Below, piece by piece: positions 30,819 through 40,904 of a DNA stretch of 64,000 bases (position 1 is its first letter; each line of letters begins with the position of its first letter). The notes under the pieces are model-generated. The model had not been told where the DNA came from. It was given only the letters and a program-made list of their open reading frames with translations, and ran no database searches. The stretch comes from an uncultured Clostridia bacterium (GTDB taxonomy: Bacteria; Bacillota; Clostridia; Monoglobales; Monoglobaceae): NCBI GenBank assembly GCA_947631965.1, contig CANRNL010000006.1:7263-71262 (forward strand), given 5' to 3'. Made by a program: the position numbers and the translations under genes.

Positions 30819-32951
30819 ATGAAAAAAGTATTTGCAAAACGAATCACGGCAGTTTTGCTTGCCGCAACTATGCTTTCGGTTTGCGCGCCGTCGTTTGCGG
30901 CGGACGAACCCGAAGCGGAACTGCATTTCGCCGCTTATTACGACAGCGCGGGCAAGCTCATAGGCGCGAGAGCGGTAAAGGGTACGCTCAGCGCGGATGA
31001 GGTCGATACGTTCGTCGATATTTACGAGCCGGAAAACACGGCGGTGGCGAAGGTCTTTGAATGGACCAAGGAGCTAAAACCGATAAACGACAGCGGCAGA
31101 GAGGTTGACGTGTCGGATGACGCGGACGTGGTTATTTTGCACACGAACGATATGCACGGCGCGCTTGCCGGCTCGTCGTCTGTGATAGGCTCCGACAGTG
31201 TTGCGGCGCTTAAAAAGCTTGACGACGCTATTTTGGCGGACGGCGGAGACGCTACGCAGGGCATTGCTCTCGCTTCGCAGTCGAAGGGCGAGGACGTAAT
31301 AAAAATTATGAACGCGGCGGGATACGACGTTATGGCGGTCGGAAACCACGAGTTCGACTACGGTCTTGACCAGTTCGCAAAGCTCAGAGGTATGGCGGAT
31401 TTTCCGGTCATATCAGCCAACACATATGTGGGAGACAAGCTCTTGTGCGCGGACGAGAACAACAACGGCGCGAATGTTATTATAGACAAAAACGGTATAA
31501 AAGTGGGATTTTTCGCCCTCACAACGCGTGATACCAAGACCGCCACAAAGCCCGAAAACCTGCTCGGCGTGGAATTTAAGGACGAGGTCGAAACGGCGAA
31601 GGCGCAGACCGAGGCTCTCGACGAGGCGGGCGCGGACGTAATAATCGCGATTACGCATATGGGTGTTATGAAATACAATTCATACACAAGCGAGGAGCTT
31701 GCCGAGGCTATGGCGGGTACCGAGCTTGACGCAATCATAGACGCTCACAGTCACACCGAGATAAACAAAAATGTCGACGGTATTACCGTCGCGCAGACCG
31801 GCACGGGCGGCGCAAAGGTCGGCAGAATGGAAATAGACGTAGCCGAGGACGGCACGGTTTCGATAAACGAAACTATGCTCTCCCGCGCGTTTTTTGACAA
31901 CATAACTCCCGACGCGGAGGTAACAGAGGTAATAAACGACACAAACGCGGAGCTTAGCGAAACGCTCAAAAAAGAGATAGGCAAGACCAAAACCACTCTT
32001 TGGGGCGGCTCGATAAGAAATGTTATCGCGGAAGGACGAGTTGGTGAAACGAACTTCGGCGACCTTATCTGCGACGCGATGATAGAGGATGCGAAGAATA
32101 TCGTACCCGAGGAATATAACAATCTTCCGATAGTGGCGATTGAAAACGGCGGCGGCTACCGCGCGAGCGTGCCGAACGGCACAATTACGCTCGGACATAT
32201 TATAAACGCACTGCCGTTTTCCAACACCGTAAGAATTAAGGCAATTACTCCTAAGATGCTGTACTCGGTGCTTGAGGAATTTGTCTCGTCGGTAAGCGCA
32301 CAGGATGAGAAAACGGGATTTCTCACCGCGGGTTACAACGGTTCGTTCCCGCAGATAGGCGGTATGCGTTTAAGATACAATCCGAATAATCCAAAGGATG
32401 AAAAAATCGAAAGTATTTCGCTGATTGCCGGCAACGAGGATTTGGACAGAAATGACGATACGACAAAGCTGATTATCGCCTCAAACGATTATGTTATGGG
32501 GCTTGACGAGCTTGCAAATTTGCCGATGATTGCCGAGGGAAGCGGTCTTACCGAGGCTGTTATCGCCTATATCAACCTGCTTACCGAGAACGGGGCGGAG
32601 CCGCTTGAAATACCCGTTAGTATGGGCAGAATTGCGGCTGTCGCGCATAATCCCGACAATTACACATATACCGCTCACATCAGCCTTTTGAACGCCGGCT
32701 CGCTTTCCGACGGAGATACGGTCGCGGTGTATGTCGACGGAGAGCCTTATGATAAGGCGGGCACGGTAAGCGGCGGCTTGCTCGACGTTGAACTTCCCGA
32801 CGGACCTCACGCAATAAAGCTGTTTCCGGAGCAGGAGGAAGTATATGTAAATAACTACAGCGGCAACGGCATAATCGACGTATACGGAGATTTGCAGCTC
32901 GGCTATCCGGAGCTTGATTACAGCTTTGAGGTTGAAAACCCCGTAGGCTAA
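30819..32951 (+). CDS. secreted bifunctional metallophosphatase / 5'-nucleotidase
   Basis: Signal peptide. Metallophosphatase motifs ILHTNDMHG, GDATQG, GNHEFDYG, ITHMG. A C-terminal 5'-nucleotidase substrate-binding domain plus an extra beta-rich tail. Confidence 0.9.
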   Translation: MKKVFAKRITAVLLAATMLSVCAPSFAADEPEAELHFAAYYDSAGKLIGARAVKGTLSADEVDTFVDIYEPENTAVAKVFEWTKELKPINDSGREVDVSDDADVVILHTNDMHGALAGSSSVIGSDSVAALKKLDDAILADGGDATQGIALASQSKGEDVIKIMNAAGYDVMAVGNHEFDYGLDQFAKLRGMADFPVISANTYVGDKLLCADENNNGANVIIDKNGIKVGFFALTTRDTKTATKPENLLGVEFKDEVETAKAQTEALDEAGADVIIAITHMGVMKYNSYTSEELAEAMAGTELDAIIDAHSHTEINKNVDGITVAQTGTGGAKVGRMEIDVAEDGTVSINETMLSRAFFDNITPDAEVTEVINDTNAELSETLKKEIGKTKTTLWGGSIRNVIAEGRVGETNFGDLICDAMIEDAKNIVPEEYNNLPIVAIENGGGYRASVPNGTITLGHIINALPFSNTVRIKAITPKMLYSVLEEFVSSVSAQDEKTGFLTAGYNGSFPQIGGMRLRYNPNNPKDEKIESISLIAGNEDLDRNDDTTKLIIASNDYVMGLDELANLPMIAEGSGLTEAVIAYINLLTENGAEPLEIPVSMGRIAAVAHNPDNYTYTAHISLLNAGSLSDGDTVAVYVDGEPYDKAGTVSGGLLDVELPDGPHAIKLFPEQEEVYVNNYSGNGIIDVYGDLQLGYPELDYSFEVENPVG

Positions 32952-32969
32952 AATTAAATAAAACAAAAA

Positions 32970-33007
32970 CAAAAGTCTTGAAGCTCAAAGAGCTTCAAGA
33001 CTTTTTA
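32970..33007. terminator. bidirectional terminator
   Basis: AGTCTTGAAGCT-caaag-AGCTTCAAGACT flanked by an A-run and a T-run. Confidence 0.85.
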
Positions 33008-33027
33008 AAATTCGTTTATATTTTATA

Positions 33028-33531
33028 TTACTCCGTAACCTCTCGCACGTCGCTGACAGTGCCGGAGGTGCTGGCAAGCTTGCTCGTGAAGTTGTAATGT
33101 GAACCCGGGGCAATCTGCTTATTTTGCTTGGTGTAGAATCCGTCCGCCGAAATTTTGCCGTTTACGCGCACCGTTACCGTGACGTCGTATCTGTCGGGCA
33201 CTTCGGCGTTTCGATAAGAGCCGTCCGCCATAATGTGAGCGTCGTATGCGGGTCTTTCCGTAACCGAAACAATCTCGCCCATTTCCTCCTTGGTAGAAAG
33301 GTCGGTGACGGGTCCGCCCGCTTTTAGCGCCTCAACGGTGCCGATACGAACCGTGTTTACGTCTATGTCGTACTCGAAAACGGATGAGGAAGCGCCTGTG
33401 TCCACGCCTGTGTCGTCGGGCTTAACGAAGCGCATATATACGCCGATAATCAGAACCAATACGGCGACGATTGCCAGAATATCTATAATGCTGACCTTTC
33501 CGAACAGCTTTCCTTGTTTATTTATTATCAT
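33028..33531 (-). CDS. single-pass membrane protein, DUF4330-like (copy 2)
   Basis: N-terminus MIINKQGKLFGKVSIIDILAIVAVLVLIIGVYMRF followed by a beta-rich ectodomain. Paralog of the upstream gene. Confidence 0.65.
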   Translation of the reverse strand: MIINKQGKLFGKVSIIDILAIVAVLVLIIGVYMRFVKPDDTGVDTGASSSVFEYDIDVNTVRIGTVEALKAGGPVTDLSTKEEMGEIVSVTERPAYDAHIMADGSYRNAEVPDRYDVTVTVRVNGKISADGFYTKQNKQIAPGSHYNFTSKLASTSGTVSDVREVTE

Positions 33532-33543
33532 AGCCTTGTCCTC

Positions 33544-34014
33544 CTATTCCTCGGTGTAAATTTGGGTGACATAACCGGAACCCGCGCATTCGCGTCCTTT
33601 TATGACTGCCGACATACCGACGCGTATCGCCGTGTCGTTTGAGTTGACCGAACTCGCGCTTTCGGTACCCTCCGACATAAGAGTTACGATAATATCGTAT
33701 TTGTCCGGAATTTCCGTTTCGATAAACTTACCGCCCACTCCGTCGAACGAGTTTTGGGTCGCGGGTCTTACTTCGCTTTTTACAATGGTTGCGGGAACTT
33801 TTTCCTTTTCTCCGACAGTCACCTTTTCGCCCACGGCAAATCGGTCGGTCATATATTCCTCGCACTCGGTAATGTCAACATCATAAAAGATTTTAACGCT
33901 TTTGTCTGTAGATGTGACTTCCGAGCGGTTGCTAAGGAACATAAAGCCTGCCGCGCCCACCGCCAGAATCAGCAGTATTATTATCGCGTCGATAACATTA
34001 AATTTAGCCTTCAT
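33544..34014 (-). CDS. single-pass membrane protein, DUF4330-like (copy 1)
   Basis: MKAKFNVIDAIIILLILAVGAAGFMF followed by an ectodomain. Its start overlaps the GT4 stop by 4 nt. Confidence 0.65.
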   Translation of the reverse strand: MKAKFNVIDAIIILLILAVGAAGFMFLSNRSEVTSTDKSVKIFYDVDITECEEYMTDRFAVGEKVTVGEKEKVPATIVKSEVRPATQNSFDGVGGKFIETEIPDKYDIIVTLMSEGTESASSVNSNDTAIRVGMSAVIKGRECAGSGYVTQIYTEE

Positions 34015-35168
34015 ATTGAGTTTCCTCCTTTGCTTTTCCGTACGTTTCCTTGTTTTTCTTCGTAAACGGCGTCATAGACAGCCTGTATATTTTCGGCATA
34101 TTTTTCGGATGTAAATACCGAATTGTAAATTTCACGGCTTTCCGCGCTCATTTTTTTATACAGAGCTTCATCCGAGAGCAGGCGTATTATCGCCTGCGCG
34201 ATTTCGCCCGCGCTGTGAGTGGGAACGAGGAATCCGTTTCGCCCGTTCTTTATAACTCCCGGATTGCCGCCGAAATCGGTGACGACCGCGGGCTTTCCGA
34301 GGCTCATTCCCTCCAGCAGCGAAAGGCTTGTAGCCTCTGTGCCGAAGGAGCAGTTGACCTGTACGTCCATCAGATTCATAAGCGGCGTTACGTCCGAGAC
34401 GAAGCCCGCCATAACGACCGTATCTTCAAGACCAAGCTCTGCTATGTGCCGCCGTATATTTTCCTCTTCGCCGCCGGTACCCGCTATTATGAATTTGACG
34501 GGTATGCCGCTTTCTTTGACAATTTTTGCCGCTTCGACAAAGTATTTATGCCCTTTGACCTCGTTGAGCCGCGCTATGATTGCGGCGACGCGTTCGCCGG
34601 GGCTTACTCCGTACCGATTTTCCGCAAGCAGAAATTCCGCGTCACGCCGCATTTCCTTGAGCGGGTCAACTCCGTTTAACACGACCGTAATTTTTTTCTC
34701 GTCAACTCCGGTGTCGACAAGGTTTTGCTTTGCCGCCTCCGCCACCGCGATTATAGCGTCGGCGGTGTGGTTGTTGACAAAGCCGTTTATCTTTTTGCCT
34801 ATTCCCGACGACAATCTCTTCGAGGGAGGGAAAACGCTGTGCCGCGTATAAACTATTCCCGCGCCGCAAAGCTTTGCGGCGATACGCGCCGACATACTCG
34901 CGTGGGTATGCACTATGTCGGGCTTCAATTCGTCAAAACACTTTTTCAGCTTGCCTATCGAGCCGATACTGAGCGACTTTTCGGCTATGCCGTCTATTTC
35001 AACCACGGGAAAGCCAAGTTCCTCAACGAGCGGTTTTAAAAGACTGTTTGGCGGCAGTACCGTCGTAATGTCAAATTTTTTTCTGTCGCAGCGGCGCAAA
35101 AAGGTGAGAATACATTTCCCCGCGCCGCCTATGTTGGTGTCGCTCGAAACCTCAATGACCTTTATCAA
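34011..35168 (-). CDS. GT4-family (GT-B fold) glycosyltransferase
   Basis: N-terminus GGAGKCILTF and C-terminal EX7E region GTEATSLSLLEGMSLGKPAVVTDFGGNPGVIKNGRNGFLVP. Confidence 0.9.
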   Translation of the reverse strand: MIKVIEVSSDTNIGGAGKCILTFLRRCDRKKFDITTVLPPNSLLKPLVEELGFPVVEIDGIAEKSLSIGSIGKLKKCFDELKPDIVHTHASMSARIAAKLCGAGIVYTRHSVFPPSKRLSSGIGKKINGFVNNHTADAIIAVAEAAKQNLVDTGVDEKKITVVLNGVDPLKEMRRDAEFLLAENRYGVSPGERVAAIIARLNEVKGHKYFVEAAKIVKESGIPVKFIIAGTGGEEENIRRHIAELGLEDTVVMAGFVSDVTPLMNLMDVQVNCSFGTEATSLSLLEGMSLGKPAVVTDFGGNPGVIKNGRNGFLVPTHSAGEIAQAIIRLLSDEALYKKMSAESREIYNSVFTSEKYAENIQAVYDAVYEEKQGNVRKSKGGNSI

Positions 35169-37096
35169 CCGCGTTCACCGCCAATCCTTCTTTTTTCGGG
35201 TTTCCCGTTTTCAATCTTGCAGTTTTCTTTCGCAATATTAACGCCGACCGAGCCGAGCGCGATAACCATCCAGAAAATCATAAATACACGGTAGTTATAG
35301 AAGCAGTTGTCAAACATTCCCTGCAGCAGAAAACCGCTGACCGCGGAAGCGATAGCAACAAGCGCCGTTGCGACCGGCGCACCCTTTCCGCCCGCGGGGC
35401 GGTGTGCCGAGCATATCTTTTTAAAGAAGAAGAACAGCAAAAGCAGAAATACCGCCGTTCCGACTATTCCCAGTTCCACGGTAATTTGCAGGAACAGGTT
35501 GTGAGAATGGGGCGCGACTACCGCGTTATACGAATAAAACGGATAAACCTCGGTGAACGCGTCGCTTCCCATACCTATACCCGATACGAAAAAGTCTTTG
35601 AGCAACGCGAGAGTGCCCATCCAGATATACACTCGGTAAGAGGTGGACGAGTCTTTCATATTGCCTATGCTCGTAAATCTGCTGATTATGCTTTCGGGAA
35701 TTATGAACGGCAGAATCGGGAGCGCGATAAGCGCCAGACCCCACAGCTTACCCGCCGCAAAGGTGATAAATACCGCCGCGCTCGCCATAAAGCCTATCCA
35801 GCAGCCGCGCGACATTGTGAGAATAAGCGCCGCAAAGTCCACGCAGAAAATCGCCGCGTATAAAAGGCGCGGCAACGCCTTTTTGTTCGTGAAAAACAGT
35901 GCGGCGGTAATCGGAATAACCAAAAGTATGTATTCTCCGAGGACGTTCGGGTTTCCGAGCGTCGAGTAGATGCGCATTTTAAGTTCGGAAAACATACCCT
36001 CGTCCAGCCACGACTGAGCAATATCCCAGCCAAAGACGTACTGCGCGATGCCGTAGGCGCAAACGCAAAATCCCGATATTGCAAACACCGTGAGCAGGTC
36101 GAAAAACTGCTTTTTGCTTTTAACCGTGTTTGTGATAACAAAGTAGAACGCCATAAACACAAAGTATATTGCGAAAATTTTAAGACTGCTTTCGGGAGCA
36201 AACGACAGCACGCCCGAAATAAGGTAGAGCGCGAGCATAGCGACAATTAGAAGCCCTACCGCGTCGAATTTCCACACGAATTTTTTAGTGGTAAGCGCGC
36301 GTATTATCAGCGACGCTATGCAAAGGAGCGCAAGACCCGCCATTGCCATTGTCGGAAGAAGCGGAGCAAAGAACACCGCCGCAAACACGCCGACCTCAAC
36401 CTTATACAAAACAAGGAATACCGCAAACGAACCGACCAGGAACGCCGCGCCGTACAGCGGGGAGAAAAACGCCGCGATAAACGCCGCAGCCGCGCCGAAA
36501 AATATCGCTGCGGGAACTCTCTTTTTGGAAAGGCATCTCGATTTATAAAAAAAGTCAAATGAAAATTCGGTGCCGAGAGCGTACTCTATAAAGCGGACGA
36601 GCAGCGAGCCCTTGAAGAACTCGGTCACGTTTACGCCGTCTATAAAATACAGGATAACGCCGATTGCCACTCCGACGAGAGCAACAAGCGAAAAAGTCCT
36701 GCCCGCCAAAAGTCCGAAAATTATGTAAAACACCGAGCCGGATGCGCACAGCGTACCTATAAAACGCAGATTTAAACCGAGCAGATTGTGGAGATACAGC
36801 TTGCACAAAAGCACAAAACCGCTGTTTTCCACGAGGTCGTTTGCGCCGTCGCCGCATTTTTTGCCGACAAAGCTCAAAAACGTAAACACAGAGCGCGCGG
36901 CGCGTCCGAAAAGGCTCTGAGATATGCACTCGGCCGAAAAATGCTCTTTTCGGAACAGGTTTGTTATTAAGCTTTGCTGCCACTTACGCGAAATAAAGTC
37001 ATACACTCCGCGCACGGCTTTATAGATAAGGCTGTTTCGAATTATATTCAGGATGAAAAACCAGGCTGCCTGAAAATATCCAATCTGTTTGTCCAT
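35165..37096 (-). CDS. O-antigen ligase/polymerase-like (Wzy_C domain) membrane protein, unusually long (643 aa)
   Basis: More than 12 TM segments. Wzy_C-like core LTMSRGCWIGFMASAAVFI ... PHSHNLFLQITVELG. 4-nt overlap with the GT4 gene. Confidence 0.8.
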   Translation of the reverse strand: MDKQIGYFQAAWFFILNIIRNSLIYKAVRGVYDFISRKWQQSLITNLFRKEHFSAECISQSLFGRAARSVFTFLSFVGKKCGDGANDLVENSGFVLLCKLYLHNLLGLNLRFIGTLCASGSVFYIIFGLLAGRTFSLVALVGVAIGVILYFIDGVNVTEFFKGSLLVRFIEYALGTEFSFDFFYKSRCLSKKRVPAAIFFGAAAAFIAAFFSPLYGAAFLVGSFAVFLVLYKVEVGVFAAVFFAPLLPTMAMAGLALLCIASLIIRALTTKKFVWKFDAVGLLIVAMLALYLISGVLSFAPESSLKIFAIYFVFMAFYFVITNTVKSKKQFFDLLTVFAISGFCVCAYGIAQYVFGWDIAQSWLDEGMFSELKMRIYSTLGNPNVLGEYILLVIPITAALFFTNKKALPRLLYAAIFCVDFAALILTMSRGCWIGFMASAAVFITFAAGKLWGLALIALPILPFIIPESIISRFTSIGNMKDSSTSYRVYIWMGTLALLKDFFVSGIGMGSDAFTEVYPFYSYNAVVAPHSHNLFLQITVELGIVGTAVFLLLLFFFFKKICSAHRPAGGKGAPVATALVAIASAVSGFLLQGMFDNCFYNYRVFMIFWMVIALGSVGVNIAKENCKIENGKPEKRRIGGERG

Positions 37097-37135
37097 AATA
37101 TCTTTACCTCTTTATTTTTTTGCTCTTTGTTTTTG

Positions 37136-38716
37136 TTAATTATCCTGCGCGCCTTTGCCGAAAAATTCCCGTATTGACGCACATTCGTCGGTTTTTAAAA
37201 TAAATGTCGTAATTAAGTATATCACAAGAGCGGGCGCGGACGCAATACAAAGTTTTAAAAGCAGTAACAAAAATGTATTTGCGAAAATTCCGTCCGCCCA
37301 AACATATATCAACTTTGCCGCCGCAAACGCCGCCGCCGCGCAAATCAGGGTCTTTGCCATATTGATTATAAAATGCGCCGTTATCACGCCGGGCTTGCGT
37401 TTGTTTATCATAATTACCAGCATGGCCGCTATCGCGACAGAGCTTATTGCGCTCGCAAGCGCAAGTCCGCCGATTTGCATATTCAGTCCGCGTACCAGAA
37501 GCAGAGCCGCCGCGAAATTGACCAGAATTCCGAAGATAGAGCTGAGCATCGGCGTTTTGCCGTCCTCAATCGCGTAAAAGCTCTTGTTCAGAACCTCACA
37601 CATCGCGTAGCCGACCATACCGAACGAGTAAAAGAAGAGCGCCTCGCCGGTTATGCTCGCGTCGCTCGCGTTAAAGCTGCCATGCTCAAAAACCACCTTG
37701 ATTATCGGGTTTGCGAGGGCGAGAAACAGCGCCGAAACAAAACCTATGATGAATACCACCCAGCCGATTGAGACGCGCGTTGCTTCGGCAAAGCCGCTTC
37801 CGTCGTCGTCGGATGCGGAAAGGCGGGAGAGCTTCGGAAATATAAAATTGGTTATTGCGTATGCAAAAACTCCTACCATTATAATATATATCTTGTACGA
37901 CCAGTTAAGCCCCGAAACTATACCGTCTCCCATCTCGGAGCCGAAGCGCATATTTATTATACTGCAAATCGGGTTTACCCACGAGCTTATCAGCACGGGC
38001 AGAGCGAGCTTCGCCGCGTCTTTTATTCCGCTGTCCTTAAAGTTCAGCTTAAAACGGTAACGGAAGCCCTTTTTCGCAAGCGAGGGTATCTGGATGAAAA
38101 ACTGCAGCGACCACGCGACAAGCATAGAGATTATCACGCCCTGCAAACCGTACTTGTTTCCGAACAAGGCAAGATACAAAATCATTACCATATTTGAAAC
38201 AAGGCTTATGAGCGAGGGTATCGTAAATTCGCCGAACGACTGCAAAAAGCCGACCGAAACGTATGCCATTGTGGTAAATATAATCGAAGGGAAAAGTATT
38301 TTAAGGAGCGCGCCCGTCTGCGCGACCTTAGCCGCGTCGTAGCCGGGAGCCATAATATGCACTATCGGGTTTGAGAAAATCATACCCAAAAGAGCCGCCG
38401 CGCCCGCAATGAGAGTGACTATCGTGATAAAGTTGTTCGCAAAGTCCATCGCACGCTCCCGTCCTTCGCGTTCGAGCCGTTTGTTGAAAACGGGTACAAA
38501 GGTCGACAGTATTGCGACGCCGAGCGTCATATCGAAAAACAGGAGCGGGATCTGAGTGGATGTGTTTATAATATCCGCCGCCTCGCCTTTGCCGTAAACC
38601 GCCGCAATCATAGTTTCGCGCAGGAGCCCCGCAAACTTTGCAACAAATATTATAACCGCCATAATGCTTATGGTCTTGACCGCCTTCTTTTGCGTAACCT
38701 CACCCAAAATAATCAC
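37136..38716 (-). CDS. murJ: lipid II flippase MurJ (MviN family)
   Basis: 526-aa polytopic protein. VAKFAGLLRETMIAAVYG, followed by the typical MurJ helix pattern. The exact start is uncertain (GTG 38716 or a nearby TTG). Confidence 0.88.
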   Translation of the reverse strand: MIILGEVTQKKAVKTISIMAVIIFVAKFAGLLRETMIAAVYGKGEAADIINTSTQIPLLFFDMTLGVAILSTFVPVFNKRLEREGRERAMDFANNFITIVTLIAGAAALLGMIFSNPIVHIMAPGYDAAKVAQTGALLKILFPSIIFTTMAYVSVGFLQSFGEFTIPSLISLVSNMVMILYLALFGNKYGLQGVIISMLVAWSLQFFIQIPSLAKKGFRYRFKLNFKDSGIKDAAKLALPVLISSWVNPICSIINMRFGSEMGDGIVSGLNWSYKIYIIMVGVFAYAITNFIFPKLSRLSASDDDGSGFAEATRVSIGWVVFIIGFVSALFLALANPIIKVVFEHGSFNASDASITGEALFFYSFGMVGYAMCEVLNKSFYAIEDGKTPMLSSIFGILVNFAAALLLVRGLNMQIGGLALASAISSVAIAAMLVIMINKRKPGVITAHFIINMAKTLICAAAAFAAAKLIYVWADGIFANTFLLLLLKLCIASAPALVIYLITTFILKTDECASIREFFGKGAQDN

Positions 38717-39072
38717 CTTTTAAAGTTTGATAAAAATATGAAATAATTTTATCATAACGTATTTGAAATGTCAAACCCGCGAAACGGTATTTCGACGCGG
38801 CGTAATCGTTTTGTAATCTTGCCTTAAAAAATCCGCAAACGAACCATAATACTTGCGAAAAATTCTTTAAGTTTACATAAAGCAAAAGAATATTCCCGAA
38901 ATATGCTCAAAAAAAGCGCGCTTTATCGCTAAATGGCTGAAAAGCGCGGTTTTGCAAGGGTTTGCGCGAACGAAAGGAATAGAAATTTTGTACGAGCCGT
39001 GGTAAAATATGTATTGTAAACAAAAAGGAAATGCATTTCACAAAAGAAAAATATGAAAAAGGAGAGATAACT

Positions 39073-39330
39073 ATGTATTTTGTAAAAAGCGAGTATATAG
39101 AAGAGCTTGAGGACACGGCGGACTACTTCATAATAATAGATATGGACAACCTTGACCGACCGTTTGGAGTCAAAGTAGAGCTTCACGGAGGCGGGAGCGA
39201 GGAGGCGCACCACGCTTACACGACTGCTTCCGAGGCTTATTCGGCGGCGCTCCGCTTTGCCGAGTGTCAGGTTTTGCCCCATACCTTGCGGGATATAATC
39301 AGAGATGAAATAATATCTATGATAAGTTGA
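39073..39330 (+). CDS. small acidic hypothetical protein (85 aa)
   Basis: ATG at 39073 lies 7 nt after AGGAGAG; a TGgTAAAAT promoter lies about 60 nt upstream. No family recognised. Confidence 0.55.
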   Translation: MYFVKSEYIEELEDTADYFIIIDMDNLDRPFGVKVELHGGGSEEAHHAYTTASEAYSAALRFAECQVLPHTLRDIIRDEIISMIS

Positions 39331-39415
39331 CGCTAAGGCTCGGCAAATATTCCGCGCTTTGTGCCGGAAAAGGCGCTTTTTTGTCGGAGCGGGGCAAGTT
39401 TTCTGAAATTAGGGC

Positions 39416-39444
39416 TTGAAAAATTGTGAAAAGTGTGGTAAAAT
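39416..39444 (+). promoter_or_regulatory. promoter of the SLH-amidase gene (TTGAAA - 17 bp - TGgTAAAAT)
   Basis: Hexamers at 39416..39421 and 39439..39444. Confidence 0.6.
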
Positions 39445-39525
39445 GATACTGTAATCTACTGTTTTATAAAAAAGGGCAAAAATAAGGGAGTTGAAAACTT
39501 ACGCTTGGTGCGAGGAGGGTTTACT

Positions 39526-40875
39526 TTGCGAAAGTTTATAATTACTTTAATTGCGGCGGCGCTGTTGCTTTCGCCGACGGTTGCGTTTGCCTCTTTTCCC
39601 GATATTCCGCTTAATGCGACATACAGGAGTGCGGTCGATCAGCTTGTTTCGGACGGCACTTTAACCGGCTATACCGACGGTACATTTCGTCCTGACGCGA
39701 GCATAACCCGCGCGGAGTTTTCCACCGTACTGTCGCGCGCTATGAGGCTGAACACCGACTTTACATCTTCGTCTTTGCGCAGTATTCCGTTCAGCGACAT
39801 TGATTCGTCGAACTGGGCGGCGCCTTATATTTACGCATGTTATGAAAACGGTTACATAGACGGTATGGGCGACGGAACTTTCCGCCCCACCCAGGACGTG
39901 ACGCTCGAACAGGCGGTAAAAATGATTGTCTGTGCCGCAAACATCTCGGTTGACAACGAAAGCAATTCGGGAAAGTGGTATGACAAATACATATCCGCCG
40001 CAAATCAAAGCGAGCTGCTGACAAATGTCAACGGCTCGACCGGTACGGCTATTTCGCGCGGAAACGTGGCGCAGATTCTCTATAATACCGAAAAGAACGT
40101 TTCGTCGGAGTCCGCTGCGGAAGCGGTATCCACGCCTACGCCTACGCCCGTTCCCACGGTCGAGGCTACGCCGACCCCGACTCCGGTATCTACTCCGGCG
40201 GCTACCCCTGTGTCTGCGCCGAAAGCTACGCAGGCGGCAGCTCCTGCCGCGACGGCGAAGGCTACACCGACGCCCCAGCCCTCATATGTTCCGCAAAATC
40301 CGAATCTGATAGTTATAGACGCGGGACATAATTATTCGGGCGCGGACACCGGTGCGTCGTCTCCGGACGGCACGGTGAAAGAGCAGATAGCGACGTGGGG
40401 GATAGCGAACAAGGTTAAAGAGCGCTTGGAAAAAAGCGGATACAGCGTTATACTTACAAGACCGAGTGAAACGTCGAATATTGCCAATACATCGGTAAAC
40501 GACAGCCTTCAGGCGCGCTGCGACGCGGCAAACTCCAACGGAGCGAGTTTGTTCGTTTCGATACACTGTAACGCGGGCGGCGGCACGGGTACGGAAGTTT
40601 ACTATTACGACGGAAACGAGAGCGGCAAAAGTCTGGCTCAGCTTATAGCCAAGAAGGTTTCGGAAAGCACAACGCTGAGAAATCGTGGCGCAAAAAGCAC
40701 CACGGGCTTGTATGTAATAAAAGGCACGCTTTCGACCTCAGTCTTGGTTGAAACCGCGTTTATAGACGCTGCCGAGGACTATCCCGACTTGAAGCTGCTG
40801 TCAACGAACGATGGGCAGACCCAAATAGCCAACGCGATAGCCGACGCAATTATCGAGTACAAACAGAAAAATTAA
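39526..40875 (+). CDS. SLH-anchored N-acetylmuramoyl-L-alanine amidase (Amidase_3)
   Basis: TTG start 6 nt after GAGGAGGG. Signal peptide, SLH repeats (FPDIPLNATYRSAVDQL..GYTDGTFRPDASITRAEF; FSDIDSSNWAAPYI..GMGDGTFRPTQDV), a Pro/Thr/Ala linker, and an Amidase_3 core (LIVIDAGHNYSGADTGA...FVSIHCNAGGGTGTEVYYY). Confidence 0.9.
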   Translation: MRKFIITLIAAALLLSPTVAFASFPDIPLNATYRSAVDQLVSDGTLTGYTDGTFRPDASITRAEFSTVLSRAMRLNTDFTSSSLRSIPFSDIDSSNWAAPYIYACYENGYIDGMGDGTFRPTQDVTLEQAVKMIVCAANISVDNESNSGKWYDKYISAANQSELLTNVNGSTGTAISRGNVAQILYNTEKNVSSESAAEAVSTPTPTPVPTVEATPTPTPVSTPAATPVSAPKATQAAAPAATAKATPTPQPSYVPQNPNLIVIDAGHNYSGADTGASSPDGTVKEQIATWGIANKVKERLEKSGYSVILTRPSETSNIANTSVNDSLQARCDAANSNGASLFVSIHCNAGGGTGTEVYYYDGNESGKSLAQLIAKKVSESTTLRNRGAKSTTGLYVIKGTLSTSVLVETAFIDAAEDYPDLKLLSTNDGQTQIANAIADAIIEYKQKN

Positions 40876-40904
40876 ATCAGGCGACATACGGAAGTGATGG
40901 AATT

